This document shows, in pieces, positions 27,518 through 36,530 of a DNA stretch of 52,411 nucleotides; positions within the stretch are counted from its first letter, which is position 1; each line of letters begins with the position of its first letter. The position numbers were made by a program, and so were the translations under genes. Below the pieces are notes generated by a model. The model saw only the letters and a list, made by a program, of their open reading frames with translations, was not told where the DNA came from and did not search any database. The DNA is taken from IMG/VR virus record IMGVR_UViG_3300009488_002371, positions 1 to 52,411 of that record; one strand, 5' to 3'. The DNA comes from a virus (lineage: Duplodnaviria; Caudoviricetes).

Positions 27518-28406
27518 ACCAGCTCCTCCTCTGCTCTAGCATTGCAGCCAGCCGGCTTGGCAGCCTCTCAGCGGCGTATTCATGAAAGACATCTCCCATG
27601 AACGTGGGCTCCTTGCCGAATATCTTCACGACGTCCGATATTAGGAGGTCTACCTCTTCTTTTGAGTGTATAGTGGCATAGCACTCTGCGAATGCTTCCA
27701 CCGCGCTCATCTTGGCGTATCCAGAGGGCATGTCAGCCTGTTTCTGCTTCCAGAACCAGCTCCAGATAGGGTCATCCATCTTTCCTTTAGTCGCCGTGAA
27801 GTAGACGTTGTGCCCGACTTCATGGTAAAGCGTTTTACTGTAGTCCCTGCCTGAGGCGAAGGCCTCCATAGAGAGCTGGATGGACCCGTCTTTCCTCCAT
27901 TGCCCCGTTATTATGTCGCCGTCTTTCGTGTAAAGGGTTCTTATCTCGGGGACGATGTCGACTCTTTTCAGCTGCCTCGTGTGTTTCACAGGTAGTTTAT
28001 CCAAGTGTTTTTGTACCTGTGATTTCAGGGTTTCCGGCACCTTAACTCCTGGAGGGAAGAACCTGGTTCCAACCGGAGGGGCACGCAGGTATTCGGGCAC
28101 CTCTAAGGGATCGAACATAAGCTCCCAGCCGCACCGGCAGCCAGCGTGCGCCGGCAGTCTCGGCAGGAATTGTCCCTTGAGGTATATGCGGCCTTCAAGG
28201 GGCCCGCAGATGGGGCATACTCTTTCGTCAGCTCGGGTTGCCCAGCGCACCCGTGTTATGCCGGCTGAGTAGCCGTAGAACATCAAGCTGCTATTGACTA
28301 TCTTATAGGTGAAGCTCTGGGACAGCATTTCTATGCGGCGCATCATCCCCTCGGGGCTGCGCCAGTATTCGCTTGTCTTGGCCTCATGGAGGTGGACTAA
28401 GGTCAT
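27507..28406 (-). CDS. MuF/SPP1 gp7-like head morphogenesis domain fused to zincin metallopeptidase
   Basis: W.T.ADERVCPIC...PAHAGCRC; TLYHEVGH and EAFAE. Confidence 0.8.
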   Translation of the reverse strand: MTLVHLHEAKTSEYWRSPEGMMRRIEMLSQSFTYKIVNSSLMFYGYSAGITRVRWATRADERVCPICGPLEGRIYLKGQFLPRLPAHAGCRCGWELMFDPLEVPEYLRAPPVGTRFFPPGVKVPETLKSQVQKHLDKLPVKHTRQLKRVDIVPEIRTLYTKDGDIITGQWRKDGSIQLSMEAFASGRDYSKTLYHEVGHNVYFTATKGKMDDPIWSWFWKQKQADMPSGYAKMSAVEAFAECYATIHSKEEVDLLISDVVKIFGKEPTFMGDVFHEYAAERLPSRLAAMLEQRRSWYEK

Positions 28407-28705
28407 TTCACATCGTCCAGGATCATGTTCCAGTCTTCAATATATTCGTCGCGCCATCTTTCGAGGCGGCGCTGTTCCTCAGGGGCCAGGGTGACGGGGC
28501 GCTTCAATGCGTATCCTAGGCGTCCCTGTGTGAGTCTGAGCAGGGTCTTGTAGTGGTCTTCTATGACGCGGGCTCCGACGAGCCGGGCCCGGGCCTTGTC
28601 CATGATGCCGAAGCGGTAGTTTATCTGGATGCCTTTAAGCTGTCTTGTCAGGTCGGCGGTCTCGCGTTCCTGGGTGCCCTGGTAGATCATTATGTGGCGG
28701 CTCAT
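28403..28705 (-). CDS. Hypothetical helical protein (possible separated MuF N-terminal part)
   Basis: ATGA-coupled to MuF. Confidence 0.55.
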   Translation of the reverse strand: MSRHIMIYQGTQERETADLTRQLKGIQINYRFGIMDKARARLVGARVIEDHYKTLLRLTQGRLGYALKRPVTLAPEEQRRLERWRDEYIEDWNMILDDVK

Positions 28706-28715
28706 AGGGTATCAA

Positions 28716-29279
28716 CTAGGGGTGTAGGAAGTATCGGATATGGACCAGGGCGGTCTCTTCGCCTGCCTTATCGCACATGAGCCGACCGTAGATAGTCTCG
28801 CCAGCGGGTATGTGTGGGGCCCTAACACGCATCTGCTGGGCCGCCGGCACGAAGCCAACGGAAGCGGAGATAAACCTCTCGCGTCCGCAGTTGACCTTCG
28901 CCACGCCGTATGCGAGTTCCAGCATCCATATCTGGCCGGCGGACTCCGTACTCTCAACCATTATGTCCGCGATGTGGCCGTCGTTGGCGGCGAACTTGGA
29001 GGTTAGTGTATTCGCGCCGGAGTCTACTAACTCGACCCAGGCGCCCCACTCGTTGATGTTCGCGTGGGCGGTCACGGTGACGGTCTTCCCCGTGTCCTCA
29101 GGGAATATGAAGGACTCATGGGCGTTAACTAGGCCGATGGCTCTCAGAGTGGCGTCATTAGGATCCCAACCGACACCCTTCATGTCATCGATGCCGGCCT
29201 TCACGTATTCCTCTATGGCCCAGATGAGCTGCTCTGCTACACTGTTGAGGGTCTCCCTCGGAATCGGTCGTTCGCTCAT
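28716..29279 (-). CDS. Putative virion beta-sandwich protein
   Basis: WGAWVEL, IPAGETIYGRL; head module location. Confidence 0.55.
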   Translation of the reverse strand: MSERPIPRETLNSVAEQLIWAIEEYVKAGIDDMKGVGWDPNDATLRAIGLVNAHESFIFPEDTGKTVTVTAHANINEWGAWVELVDSGANTLTSKFAANDGHIADIMVESTESAGQIWMLELAYGVAKVNCGRERFISASVGFVPAAQQMRVRAPHIPAGETIYGRLMCDKAGEETALVHIRYFLHP

Positions 29280-29359
29280 GCTGGAATCTTCTCCATTGCC
29301 ATGATGACTCTGTCCGCCAGTGAGACTCTAGTTTCACGCGCGGGTTTAGCTTCGCTCAT
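29276..29359 (-). CDS. 27-aa micro-ORF paralogous to the N-terminus of the next gene
   Basis: MSEAKPARETRVSLADRVIMAMEKIPA; TAATG and ATGA overlaps on both sides. Confidence 0.55.
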   Translation of the reverse strand: MSEAKPARETRVSLADRVIMAMEKIPA

Positions 29360-30693
29360 TATTCAATCAGCCTTTCCTGTTCTTTGTCTTCTACAGGCTC
29401 CTCCTCTTCAGGCTCTTCCTCAGGCGGGACCGCGTCCTCCGGGGGCTCGGGCTCCACTTCGTAGCCGAGGGTGCCGAGGTCGAGGCCCATCTTCCTCATG
29501 AGGATCTCAAGCTGCTTGGGGCCGATCATGCCGACTTCTATGCCGACGGTGATTATGCTCTCCATCTGGAGGTCTTCGACGCCGGTTTTCTCGACGCCCC
29601 AGAGGACCTTAGGCTCAGCGTCTAGGCTGTTGGCTGCCATGAGGCGGTCGAAGAATCCGGCTTCCACGCCTCGGCCCATGTTACGCTCTATGGCGTTTAT
29701 GTTCCGGTCAACGATGGTGGTGAGCTCCTTGGCGGAGGCGAGGGTGGCGTCTTTCCAGAAGTATAGGTCGGGGGCGTAGAGGCCTTTGTAGATGAGGCGG
29801 TCTATGTGTTCTATGTAGCCTTCGTAGCGTGTGTTGCCTCTGACTTCGACGATCTGGGCGACGTCTTTCAGCTCTTCTGGCTCGAGCCAGCCGATGACCA
29901 GGTCTTCGTCGACCTCCTTCTGTCCGAGCAGTTCAGATAAACCAGCGGGGTCCCTTGTGGTCTTCCAGATGATGTCTGGGAACATGCGTTTCTCGATGAT
30001 TTTGTCTATGTTGGATATGGCGGTGTTCTTGGTGGATAGGAGGGATTCGATGGGCTTGATTATGCTGGTGCCTCGGAGGTCGTTGGCGATCTGGTTGTGG
30101 ACGAAGAGGGTAAGCTCATCAGCGAGTATTTTGATCTCTTTACTGCCTCTTTTCTGCGGCTTCTGGATTATGTGTTTCAAGGTGCCATCTTCGTTTTGAC
30201 CAATTTCCTTGACGGTCGCCGGATGGATTATCTTGAGTGCCGACTTTGAGGGAAATTTGTTGATCTTGGTTTCCACGGGACAGAAGCCGGCTATGAGCAT
30301 GTTCTTGCAGACATTAGGCAGGAAGACGTCGAGGTTCATTTCCTTGCCGAACTCGTCGACGAGCTCCTTCGCCCTCTCGGGTTCTTCATCTTCTTCGTCT
30401 ACGGCGGTGTGGAAGCCCTTGCCGACGGAGGCCTCGCTGAGCCCGTTGACGGAGGCGAAGACAACGCCGTCGGTTTCATACCAGGTGTAGAAGCTTTGGA
30501 TGCCAGAGACCTTGGTCTTCTTGCCGACGTCTTTCTGCTCCCTGAATGCCGCCCGTTCGCTTTGGTAGAAGCCGGACACCCTGACGCCTTCGATGGGTTT
30601 TCGAGGCTCAGAGGTGGGTTGAGGGGCGCGACGGGGTCCGGCGATCCTGGTGCTGAGGCTTTCTATTGCCTTGAAGAATCGGTTTTCACTCAT
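29359..30693 (-). CDS. Portal protein
   Basis: 444 aa after TerL; YETDGVV, NMLIAGF.PVE, DLRGTSII, acidic C-terminal tail. Confidence 0.8.
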   Translation of the reverse strand: MSENRFFKAIESLSTRIAGPRRAPQPTSEPRKPIEGVRVSGFYQSERAAFREQKDVGKKTKVSGIQSFYTWYETDGVVFASVNGLSEASVGKGFHTAVDEEDEEPERAKELVDEFGKEMNLDVFLPNVCKNMLIAGFCPVETKINKFPSKSALKIIHPATVKEIGQNEDGTLKHIIQKPQKRGSKEIKILADELTLFVHNQIANDLRGTSIIKPIESLLSTKNTAISNIDKIIEKRMFPDIIWKTTRDPAGLSELLGQKEVDEDLVIGWLEPEELKDVAQIVEVRGNTRYEGYIEHIDRLIYKGLYAPDLYFWKDATLASAKELTTIVDRNINAIERNMGRGVEAGFFDRLMAANSLDAEPKVLWGVEKTGVEDLQMESIITVGIEVGMIGPKQLEILMRKMGLDLGTLGYEVEPEPPEDAVPPEEEPEEEEPVEDKEQERLIE

Positions 30694-30869
30694 ATTAGGT
30701 TCGCCTTGCTATGTCTCTCCTTGAAACGTTCTATCACGTCCGCATACTCCTCCAGGGGTATGGGCTTGACCATGATCACCGCGCCACATGTGGGGCAGAG
30801 CCACTCTACGGATGGGCAGGTGGGACAGGGCTCGAGGGGGATGGTAGTCCCGCATTTACAGCTCTGCAT
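30690..30869 (-). CDS. 59-aa zinc-finger microprotein
   Basis: Read manually: MQSCKCG...CPTC..WLCPTCG; ATGA overlap with portal start. Confidence 0.6.
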   Translation of the reverse strand: MQSCKCGTTIPLEPCPTCPSVEWLCPTCGAVIMVKPIPLEEYADVIERFKERHSKANLI

Positions 30870-30871
30870 TG

Positions 30872-31159
30872 CTACACCTCTACTCTAGGTAGCCATTTTC
30901 TGCATACCAGTGTAGTTATCGTGAAGAATGGATCCCATATTTTACTGAATCTGAATGCAAGGCGATAATCGTTAAGAAACTTGTAGAAAAATGAGGTTAT
31001 TTTCCAGTCAATATGGTGTCCAACTTCGTGGATAAGGGTAACGATTTCGATTGGTAGGGGCAAGCCCTTCTTGATGTGGATGACTCCATCACTGTCACAG
31101 ACTCCTATGGTTCTGTTGTTAGCTCCATAGGGTAATTCATGAACTCTGTATATCTTCAT
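30872..31159 (-). CDS. Small HEXXH metallopeptidase-like protein (AT-rich)
   Basis: TLIHEVGHH; probable start MKIY at 31159. Confidence 0.6.
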   Translation of the reverse strand: MKIYRVHELPYGANNRTIGVCDSDGVIHIKKGLPLPIEIVTLIHEVGHHIDWKITSFFYKFLNDYRLAFRFSKIWDPFFTITTLVCRKWLPRVEV

Positions 31160-31170
31160 CTCTCTACCTT

Positions 31171-31353
31171 CTAATCTTCTAGGTGTCCGTGCTCTTCCCG
31201 CCACGTATTCCCAGATGTGCGGAATATGTGGCCACAGGAGAGGCACTTGATGAGCTTGCTGTCCGGCCGGCCCTCGAGGAGCCCAGCGGGTCCGATGCGT
31301 TCAAGGTGGATTACCTCTTTGCACTTAGGGCAGACTACGAAGCTGAATGTCAT
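31171..31353 (-). CDS. Zinc-ribbon protein
   Basis: CPKC...CLSCG. Confidence 0.6.
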   Translation of the reverse strand: MTFSFVVCPKCKEVIHLERIGPAGLLEGRPDSKLIKCLSCGHIFRTSGNTWREEHGHLED

Positions 31354-32771
31354 TAGAATATCTCTCTCTTACGGTAGACCGAGTAGCCTCCTATGGGCCT
31401 TCGTCCCTTCGTGAGCATCCTGTGGGCTCCGCTTGAGGCGTCCACGCGGTCCTTGTGGGCTCCTTCGGGGAAGGCCTCAAGCTCGTCGAGGTAGCCTTCT
31501 ATGTTCCATGTGCCGGGGACCAGGAAGACGTTCTGGGCCTGGGCGGCGCTGCTCAGGGGGACGGCTCTGTCGGCTTTGGAGCCCGTCACCTTGTCGGGGT
31601 AGAAGGCGTAGCCGGCTAGGACCTTGCGGGCGTAGTGGTCGATGACGTCAACGCCTGCAGAGCCCGGCTCCTGCTCCAGGTACACATGGACGCTGAGCAG
31701 CTCCTGTTTTTCCACGCGCAGCCTGTCGAGGACGGCCGTCTGCTTGATGAGATCTTCAACTGTTTTGGGTGTGCCTCTGAGGTGCCTTATGTCGAGGACG
31801 TAGAAGCGGCCCGCGTTGTCCATGGCCATAAGGACGCCGGCGGTGTAGGCGGGGTCCGTGCCTAGCTTCTTCTCTGAGGCGGCTTTGTCCCAGTACCGGA
31901 TGGCTCGGCATCCGGCGGGGTGGTCCATCTGTATGGTGAACCAGCTGCTTCTGAACATTCTGCCTACGTCCTTGATGTCCCAGTTGCCGTCCATTAGTCG
32001 CGCGCGCATAACGGGCTCAAGGTGCATCAGGCTCTTGATGTAGGTCTCCTTGTCGAGCCCAGGGTTGTCATCTATCTTCGCGGGTATGAAGGGGGCGACA
32101 GCGGTTTTGTAGTCGACGTAGCGCCGTTTCACCCACTGCACATAGGGGCCGTCGGGGTTTCCGGCGTTCCTCATTCTCAGAGGAACATTGTAATCCTCAA
32201 GCTTCTTCGTGCGCCTGAGCCGGCTGAACAAATACCGAACCTGATTCTCCCTGTGCTGGGGAACCTCATCGAAGCCCACGTACTGATAGGCAGAGCTCTG
32301 GTAGCGCAGGTGGTCGAGGGGCGCGTCCATGTAGCCGAAGGTCACCGACGAGCCGGCGGGGAAGTGGTAGGTGTTGGTGTCGCCCTTCCACTTCGCCTTA
32401 TTCGCCCACCACTCATGAGCCCTGGGTATAAGCCCCTCGGGGAGCTGATGGTCTCGCAGCGTCTTCCTGAAGAGGATGGCTGCGTAGCCGGGTATGTGGC
32501 AGAACATGACGGCACCCATCAGGAGGGCGTCGCTCTTGCCTCCCCCGGCGGCGCCTCCGTAGAAGGCCTCGAAGTCGGGCAGGGTGAGGAACTGCAGTTG
32601 TTTGATGGAGGGTCTTTTGCCGTTATCCGGGGGTATCCAGCCCATCTTCAGGGCGTTCTTCAGCGCCGAGTATAGTGCTTGGCTCTGTTTGACGTAGTCT
32701 TCGCGCCTCGTTCTCCATGAAGTTATCGATGATAACTCTGACTGCGTCTTCGTCGAGTCCTCCGAGGTCAA
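31353..32771 (-). CDS. terL: Terminase large subunit
   Basis: YGGAAGGGKS Walker A, FDE Walker B, GNP, WDKAA, EQEPGSAG, HKDRVDA nuclease motifs; exact start uncertain. Confidence 0.95.
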   Translation of the reverse strand: MTSEDSTKTQSELSSITSWRTRREDYVKQSQALYSALKNALKMGWIPPDNGKRPSIKQLQFLTLPDFEAFYGGAAGGGKSDALLMGAVMFCHIPGYAAILFRKTLRDHQLPEGLIPRAHEWWANKAKWKGDTNTYHFPAGSSVTFGYMDAPLDHLRYQSSAYQYVGFDEVPQHRENQVRYLFSRLRRTKKLEDYNVPLRMRNAGNPDGPYVQWVKRRYVDYKTAVAPFIPAKIDDNPGLDKETYIKSLMHLEPVMRARLMDGNWDIKDVGRMFRSSWFTIQMDHPAGCRAIRYWDKAASEKKLGTDPAYTAGVLMAMDNAGRFYVLDIRHLRGTPKTVEDLIKQTAVLDRLRVEKQELLSVHVYLEQEPGSAGVDVIDHYARKVLAGYAFYPDKVTGSKADRAVPLSSAAQAQNVFLVPGTWNIEGYLDELEAFPEGAHKDRVDASSGAHRMLTKGRRPIGGYSVYRKREIF

Positions 32772-33144
32772 TGCCCTCTACCTCTATCCTCTGCTGAAGC
32801 TCTCCGGTGACCTTCTGCTCTATCTGTTTAGGAAGGAGGCCGGCAAGGGTGCTGATGATCTTTCCTCTAAAGGTCAGTTTCTGGCTGGGCGTCAGGTCGT
32901 CCCCTTCTATCTGATTGAGCTGCTTGTCGACAAGGGACCATACGAGGCCCTCGGCTCTGCTCCTGAGTCTTCGCCCTATCTCGGCTGCCTGGGGGCTGTT
33001 GAGCTCTCGGAATACAGTTGACCTGCTGATGTTCAGTTTTTCGGCTGTCTTCTGGTCGGTGTAGCCGGCGGCTTTGAGGTCGAGTATGAGGAGAAGTCTT
33101 TTGATTCTCCATGTGGCCCACTGTTTTGTGTCAGATTGGGTCAT
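32623..33144 (-). CDS. terS: Terminase small subunit (N-terminal HTH)
   Basis: TAEKLNISRSTVFREL HTH; IEQKVTGEL; immediately upstream of terL. Confidence 0.7.
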   Translation of the reverse strand: MTQSDTKQWATWRIKRLLLILDLKAAGYTDQKTAEKLNISRSTVFRELNSPQAAEIGRRLRSRAEGLVWSLVDKQLNQIEGDDLTPSQKLTFRGKIISTLAGLLPKQIEQKVTGELQQRIEVEGIDLGGLDEDAVRVIIDNFMENEARRLRQTEPSTILGAEERPEDGLDTPG

Positions 33145-33198
33145 GGGGCTTCATTCTCTCCAGTCTACGATGCTCAATAAATTTCACCATAAAAAATG

Positions 33199-33236
33199 GA
33201 TTATCCTATAATCTATTGATTATCCTATAATCTATT
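33199..33236. repeat. Tandem 19-bp direct repeat x2 with internal dyad
   Basis: GATTATCCTATAATCTATT x2; each contains GATTAT-CCT-ATAATC. Confidence 0.9.
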
Positions 33237-33290
33237 ATTCATAATATGATTCGTAGAGGAACTGAGGGCAGTTGATAGTAGCATTATCTT

Positions 33291-33848
33291 CTATATTATT
33301 ATTGTACCCTGCTGGGAGGTCTGCTCCGCGAGCAAGAGGTCACTATGTATATGAACATGACAGGAACGGCAGAGTGTGATCAAGTTTTCTGGGATATTAT
33401 TTTTCTTATCTTCATCTATATGATGTACATCTAGTAAATATTCTAAATTATCTTGAGTTAAACCACATTCTTGACACAGGTAGTTATCTCTTGCTCTTAT
33501 TGAGTCTCTTAATTTATTCGTCCAGTCTTCTCCGTATCCCTTATCTGAAATGCCGCCCCTCCACTTCCAATGATTCTCACCTCGAACTTTGAGGAAGGGT
33601 TTTCCCTTGTTCCAAGGAATCTGCCCCTTATGAGCTTCAGATAGTACCTTTCGATGTTCCTCAGACATGGTTTTACCTTTGTTCCATGGCTCTATCCCTA
33701 AAGTAAGGGGTGGCAGTATGCCCTTTCTTTTCAAAGTTTCAGATATTTTTCGTTTTGTTTCGTCAGTTATTGGTCCACGAGGGATTTTATGACCTTTTTT
33801 AAATTCCGTTCTGGGCGATCTACGCTGTCCCTTTGAGGATTCAGACAT
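33291..33848 (-). CDS. NUMOD3-repeat HNH endonuclease
   Basis: ETKRKISE, PWNKGK repeats, RDNYLCQEC, VHHIDEDKKNN..NLITLCRSCH. Confidence 0.9.
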   Translation of the reverse strand: MSESSKGQRRSPRTEFKKGHKIPRGPITDETKRKISETLKRKGILPPLTLGIEPWNKGKTMSEEHRKVLSEAHKGQIPWNKGKPFLKVRGENHWKWRGGISDKGYGEDWTNKLRDSIRARDNYLCQECGLTQDNLEYLLDVHHIDEDKKNNIPENLITLCRSCHVHIHSDLLLAEQTSQQGTIII

Positions 33849-33965
33849 CTTCCTTAATCGCTCATCGGTTTCCTTTGTAAGGCCAGTATTCCACGTTGAT
33901 TTGACCCTTGAATCGGTTTCTTTAGTTAAACCCTTATTCCAAGGCGTATAACCCTTTTCGAAATC

Positions 33966-34232
33966 CTATTGAAGGTCACCTATCATTTGTTGCGATCCGG
34001 TCCCTCTTGAGTTCGAAATTATCTCGCCTTTCTCGAAGAGCCCAGCAGCTGGAAGAAGCAGGGAGGTCCTGTATCGGGGCAGTTTGCCTATGAGCTCGGC
34101 GAGGACTTGTCCCTGTGTGAGGTTGTTGACGCTCTCCGATTTCTCTCGGTCTCTGTGGGAGTGGGTGCTGACGATTCGCGCGGTCGCCCGTTTTATGCGG
34201 GCCTCTCGTGATCTGCGTCCTCTGTGGGTCAT
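33966..34232 (-). CDS. Hypothetical basic protein
   Basis: ORF track; in frame with the HNH gene. Confidence 0.4.
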   Translation of the reverse strand: MTHRGRRSREARIKRATARIVSTHSHRDREKSESVNNLTQGQVLAELIGKLPRYRTSLLLPAAGLFEKGEIISNSRGTGSQQMIGDLQ

Positions 34233-34284
34233 TGAGACTCATCTCTGAGCCGCACGTCACGACAGCGTCGGAGGCGGCAGGTTG

Positions 34285-34572
34285 CTACAAGCTTTTTCGT
34301 GCGCGTTCGCGTGCGCTGTAGGCTCCGACGAGGCGGTGGCCAGTCACGTCGACCCCCGCTCCAATCAAGAAGGCGGAGAGGTAGGTGAATATGGTGACGT
34401 CTTGTATGCCTTCAAATATGAGGGCTGAGGCGAGGCCGGCTATGAAGGCTCTGATAATGCTGCCAGTGAATTTCCGTTGGTCGAATTTTTCGCCTGAGTC
34501 TATCCAGCCGAGGAGGGCGACGGTTATAGCCCCGAGTATGGTTATCGCGATTAGTATGATCTGGGGATCCAT
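34285..34572 (-). CDS. Holin-like membrane protein (3 TM)
   Basis: Three hydrophobic helices, basic C-terminus. Confidence 0.6.
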   Translation of the reverse strand: MDPQIILIAITILGAITVALLGWIDSGEKFDQRKFTGSIIRAFIAGLASALIFEGIQDVTIFTYLSAFLIGAGVDVTGHRLVGAYSARERARKSL

Positions 34573-34595
34573 CTTGTTGAATTAGTTATTGTGAG

Positions 34596-34605
34596 TATAT
34601 TAAAG
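34596..34605 (-). promoter_or_regulatory. TATA box of a leaderless transcript
   Basis: CTTTAATATA 24-33 nt upstream of ATG 34572. Confidence 0.6.
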
Positions 34606-34751
34606 TATAGCATTAGCATTAGAATCACATGGATAGACATGTGTTTGAATTGTCCCGCGGGTCAAGTCTACGTTCTTCGAGGTCTACGAGTACGTAAAAT
34701 TACTGAGAAAGTAGGCTGATTTGCACCAAACTCCTCTACGGAGAGGAATGC

Positions 34752-34767
34752 TATGCCCCGGGGCATA
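34752..34767. repeat. Perfect 16-bp palindrome in the early/late intergenic gap
   Basis: TATGCCCCGGGGCATA. Confidence 0.85.
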
Positions 34768-34859
34768 ATTTCTCAAAGGAAAACGCATCCCAGCATAAAA
34801 GAAAGCCAAAAACGCTTATTTTCAAAGTGTGTTCATCATTAGCGTGCGCACGGGCGGAC

Positions 34860-35144
34860 TCATTTCTCTGTCTCCGGTTCGTGTGAGGCGGTGTCCCTCC
34901 ACTTGCATTCGCGGAGGTTTTCCTTATCGGTGGGTTTGGTGGGGTACATGTGGAGGGTGAAGGGGCCGAGGATTTCGCCGTTGTGGTTTATGAAGTAGGC
35001 GTCTTCGATGATGGGTATGCCGTCTTTTGTGGTGACGGCTTGGGCGCGGTATTCGAGGACTTCGCCGGTGTTTAGGACTATGTGGCCGTGGCGGGGTAGC
35101 TCGTGGTAGGCGTGTTTACTCATCAATATGTCACCTACCAACAA
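34860..35144 (-). CDS. Hypothetical protein
   Basis: AGGTGA SD before the TTG/ATG near 35123-35126. Confidence 0.5.
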   Translation of the reverse strand: MLVGDILMSKHAYHELPRHGHIVLNTGEVLEYRAQAVTTKDGIPIIEDAYFINHNGEILGPFTLHMYPTKPTDKENLRECKWRDTASHEPETEK

Positions 35145-35280
35145 GATCCATATTCATGACCAAGACACCTACAGCAAATCCATCTAAAGCCCTTTTCGGA
35201 ATTATCGGCTTGAGTATGACATGTCCTTCTCGTACCTTCATGCCCACACAGCTCGCATATAATTTTCGTAGCTTCCCTCA

Positions 35281-35496
35281 TCAATCACTTGCAACCTCCT
35301 GGGCTCTGGCGGTTTCTCTTCCTTCTGGGGTTAGGGTTATTCTGTGGGTTCTTTCGCTTGTGTTTGTTTTGGTTCTTATGATGAGGCCTCTGTCTTCGAG
35401 GCGTTTGAGGCAGCGGCTGAATGATGCCCTCCAGTTCTGTGTTAGTGTATATCCCTTTTTTCTGAGGCTGTGCGCTATGTAGCGCGCGCGCGCCAT
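35281..35496 (-). CDS. MarR-like winged-helix protein
   Basis: SFSRCLKRLEDRGLIIR...ITLTPEG. Confidence 0.65.
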   Translation of the reverse strand: MARARYIAHSLRKKGYTLTQNWRASFSRCLKRLEDRGLIIRTKTNTSERTHRITLTPEGRETARAQEVASD

Positions 35497-35665
35497 ATAA
35501 TAAAAGAATACTTTGAAAAGGGAAATAAGTTAGACGGTTTTTCTAATCTGAAGGGTAACTTAGAATGGGCCCGCCGGGCGCTGCCCCGGCTCAGGGAAGA
35601 CCTCGGGCTGATTGAGAAGTTCCTCGAGGCCGTGGACTAGCGCGCGCTATCTGTAGATCTGCCAG

Positions 35666-36139
35666 TTAGACGTACTCTTCCGATAGTTTCCGCCTCTGTT
35701 CCTCGGAGAGGGTCCTGTAAATTTTCTGGACTTTTCTTCGCACTTTCTCCTTAGAGGGATTCATGCCTTCATTCCGGTAGACGGTCAATATAGTGTCATC
35801 TAATATCTCGAATAGATGAGCTCTGTCGCTGATTTCCCGCTGGATCGCCTCGATTCTCTCTGCCTTCGCGTGGTTGGTGGTCCTCGGCGTGAGCCCGGCG
35901 TAGCCGTCATGGTAGAGAACCTCGATGTTACTTGCCACGTGCTTGGGGTCCGTGTTTCCCTTTGATTCAAAGTAGTCCTGCAGTTTTTGATATAGTTTGG
36001 AGGATTCATTCATTCCTATGATGTAGACGCACGCCGATAGGTTCTCCGGGTTGGCTGGGCCTACGTGGTGCAGGTATCCCTTGTCATCCACTATTTGGAC
36101 GTAGTCCCTTTTCTTTACGGTCTTGATGTCCATTCTCAT
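35666..36139 (-). CDS. Hypothetical protein
   Basis: 157-aa ORF with TATA-like CTTATATT upstream. Confidence 0.5.
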   Translation of the reverse strand: MRMDIKTVKKRDYVQIVDDKGYLHHVGPANPENLSACVYIIGMNESSKLYQKLQDYFESKGNTDPKHVASNIEVLYHDGYAGLTPRTTNHAKAERIEAIQREISDRAHLFEILDDTILTVYRNEGMNPSKEKVRRKVQKIYRTLSEEQRRKLSEEYV

Positions 36140-36197
36140 GCTCGAATGCCTCGTGTAGTTAGTAGGTTTCTTACTAAATATAAGGTATAGGGGGAGA

Positions 36198-36530
36198 TCA
36201 GTCGAGTTTGTAGCCGCCCGGCCTCCAATAGGGATTAAGTTGCCAGGCGATCGACCTGCGTTTTCCTATCCGGCATAGGCGTTTCTCGCTCTCAATGATA
36301 AGGGGATTATATTTGAGTGGGTTGTTCTTGCCCTCTCCTCTGAGTTCGTAGACTCTGGGCGTGATCGTGTTGATGTCCCATCTGAGTTCGCGCGCGAGCT
36401 CCCTGTTTGTGAAGGTCATCGCAGGGTTGTAGGTGAATATTCTTAGGACGGCTCTCTGCTTCGCGCCGAGGTCGGGCAGCACGTCGCTGAAGTATGCCCC
36501 TAATGAGGTTTCCTGTATGGCTGTCTTCAT
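36198..36530 (-). CDS. Winged-helix DNA-binding protein
   Basis: KQRAVL..TNRELARELRWDINTITPRVYELR. Confidence 0.7.
   Translation of the reverse strand: MKTAIQETSLGAYFSDVLPDLGAKQRAVLRIFTYNPAMTFTNRELARELRWDINTITPRVYELRGEGKNNPLKYNPLIIESEKRLCRIGKRRSIAWQLNPYWRPGGYKLD

Noticed and set aside
33199-33236. CRISPR mini-array
   Set aside because: Two abutting repeats with no spacer
35566-35590. tRNA 3'-end-like sequence (reverse complement CCGGG-GCAGCG-CCCGG-CGGGCCCA)
   Set aside because: Loop lacks the TTCRA T-loop consensus and there is no matching 5' half
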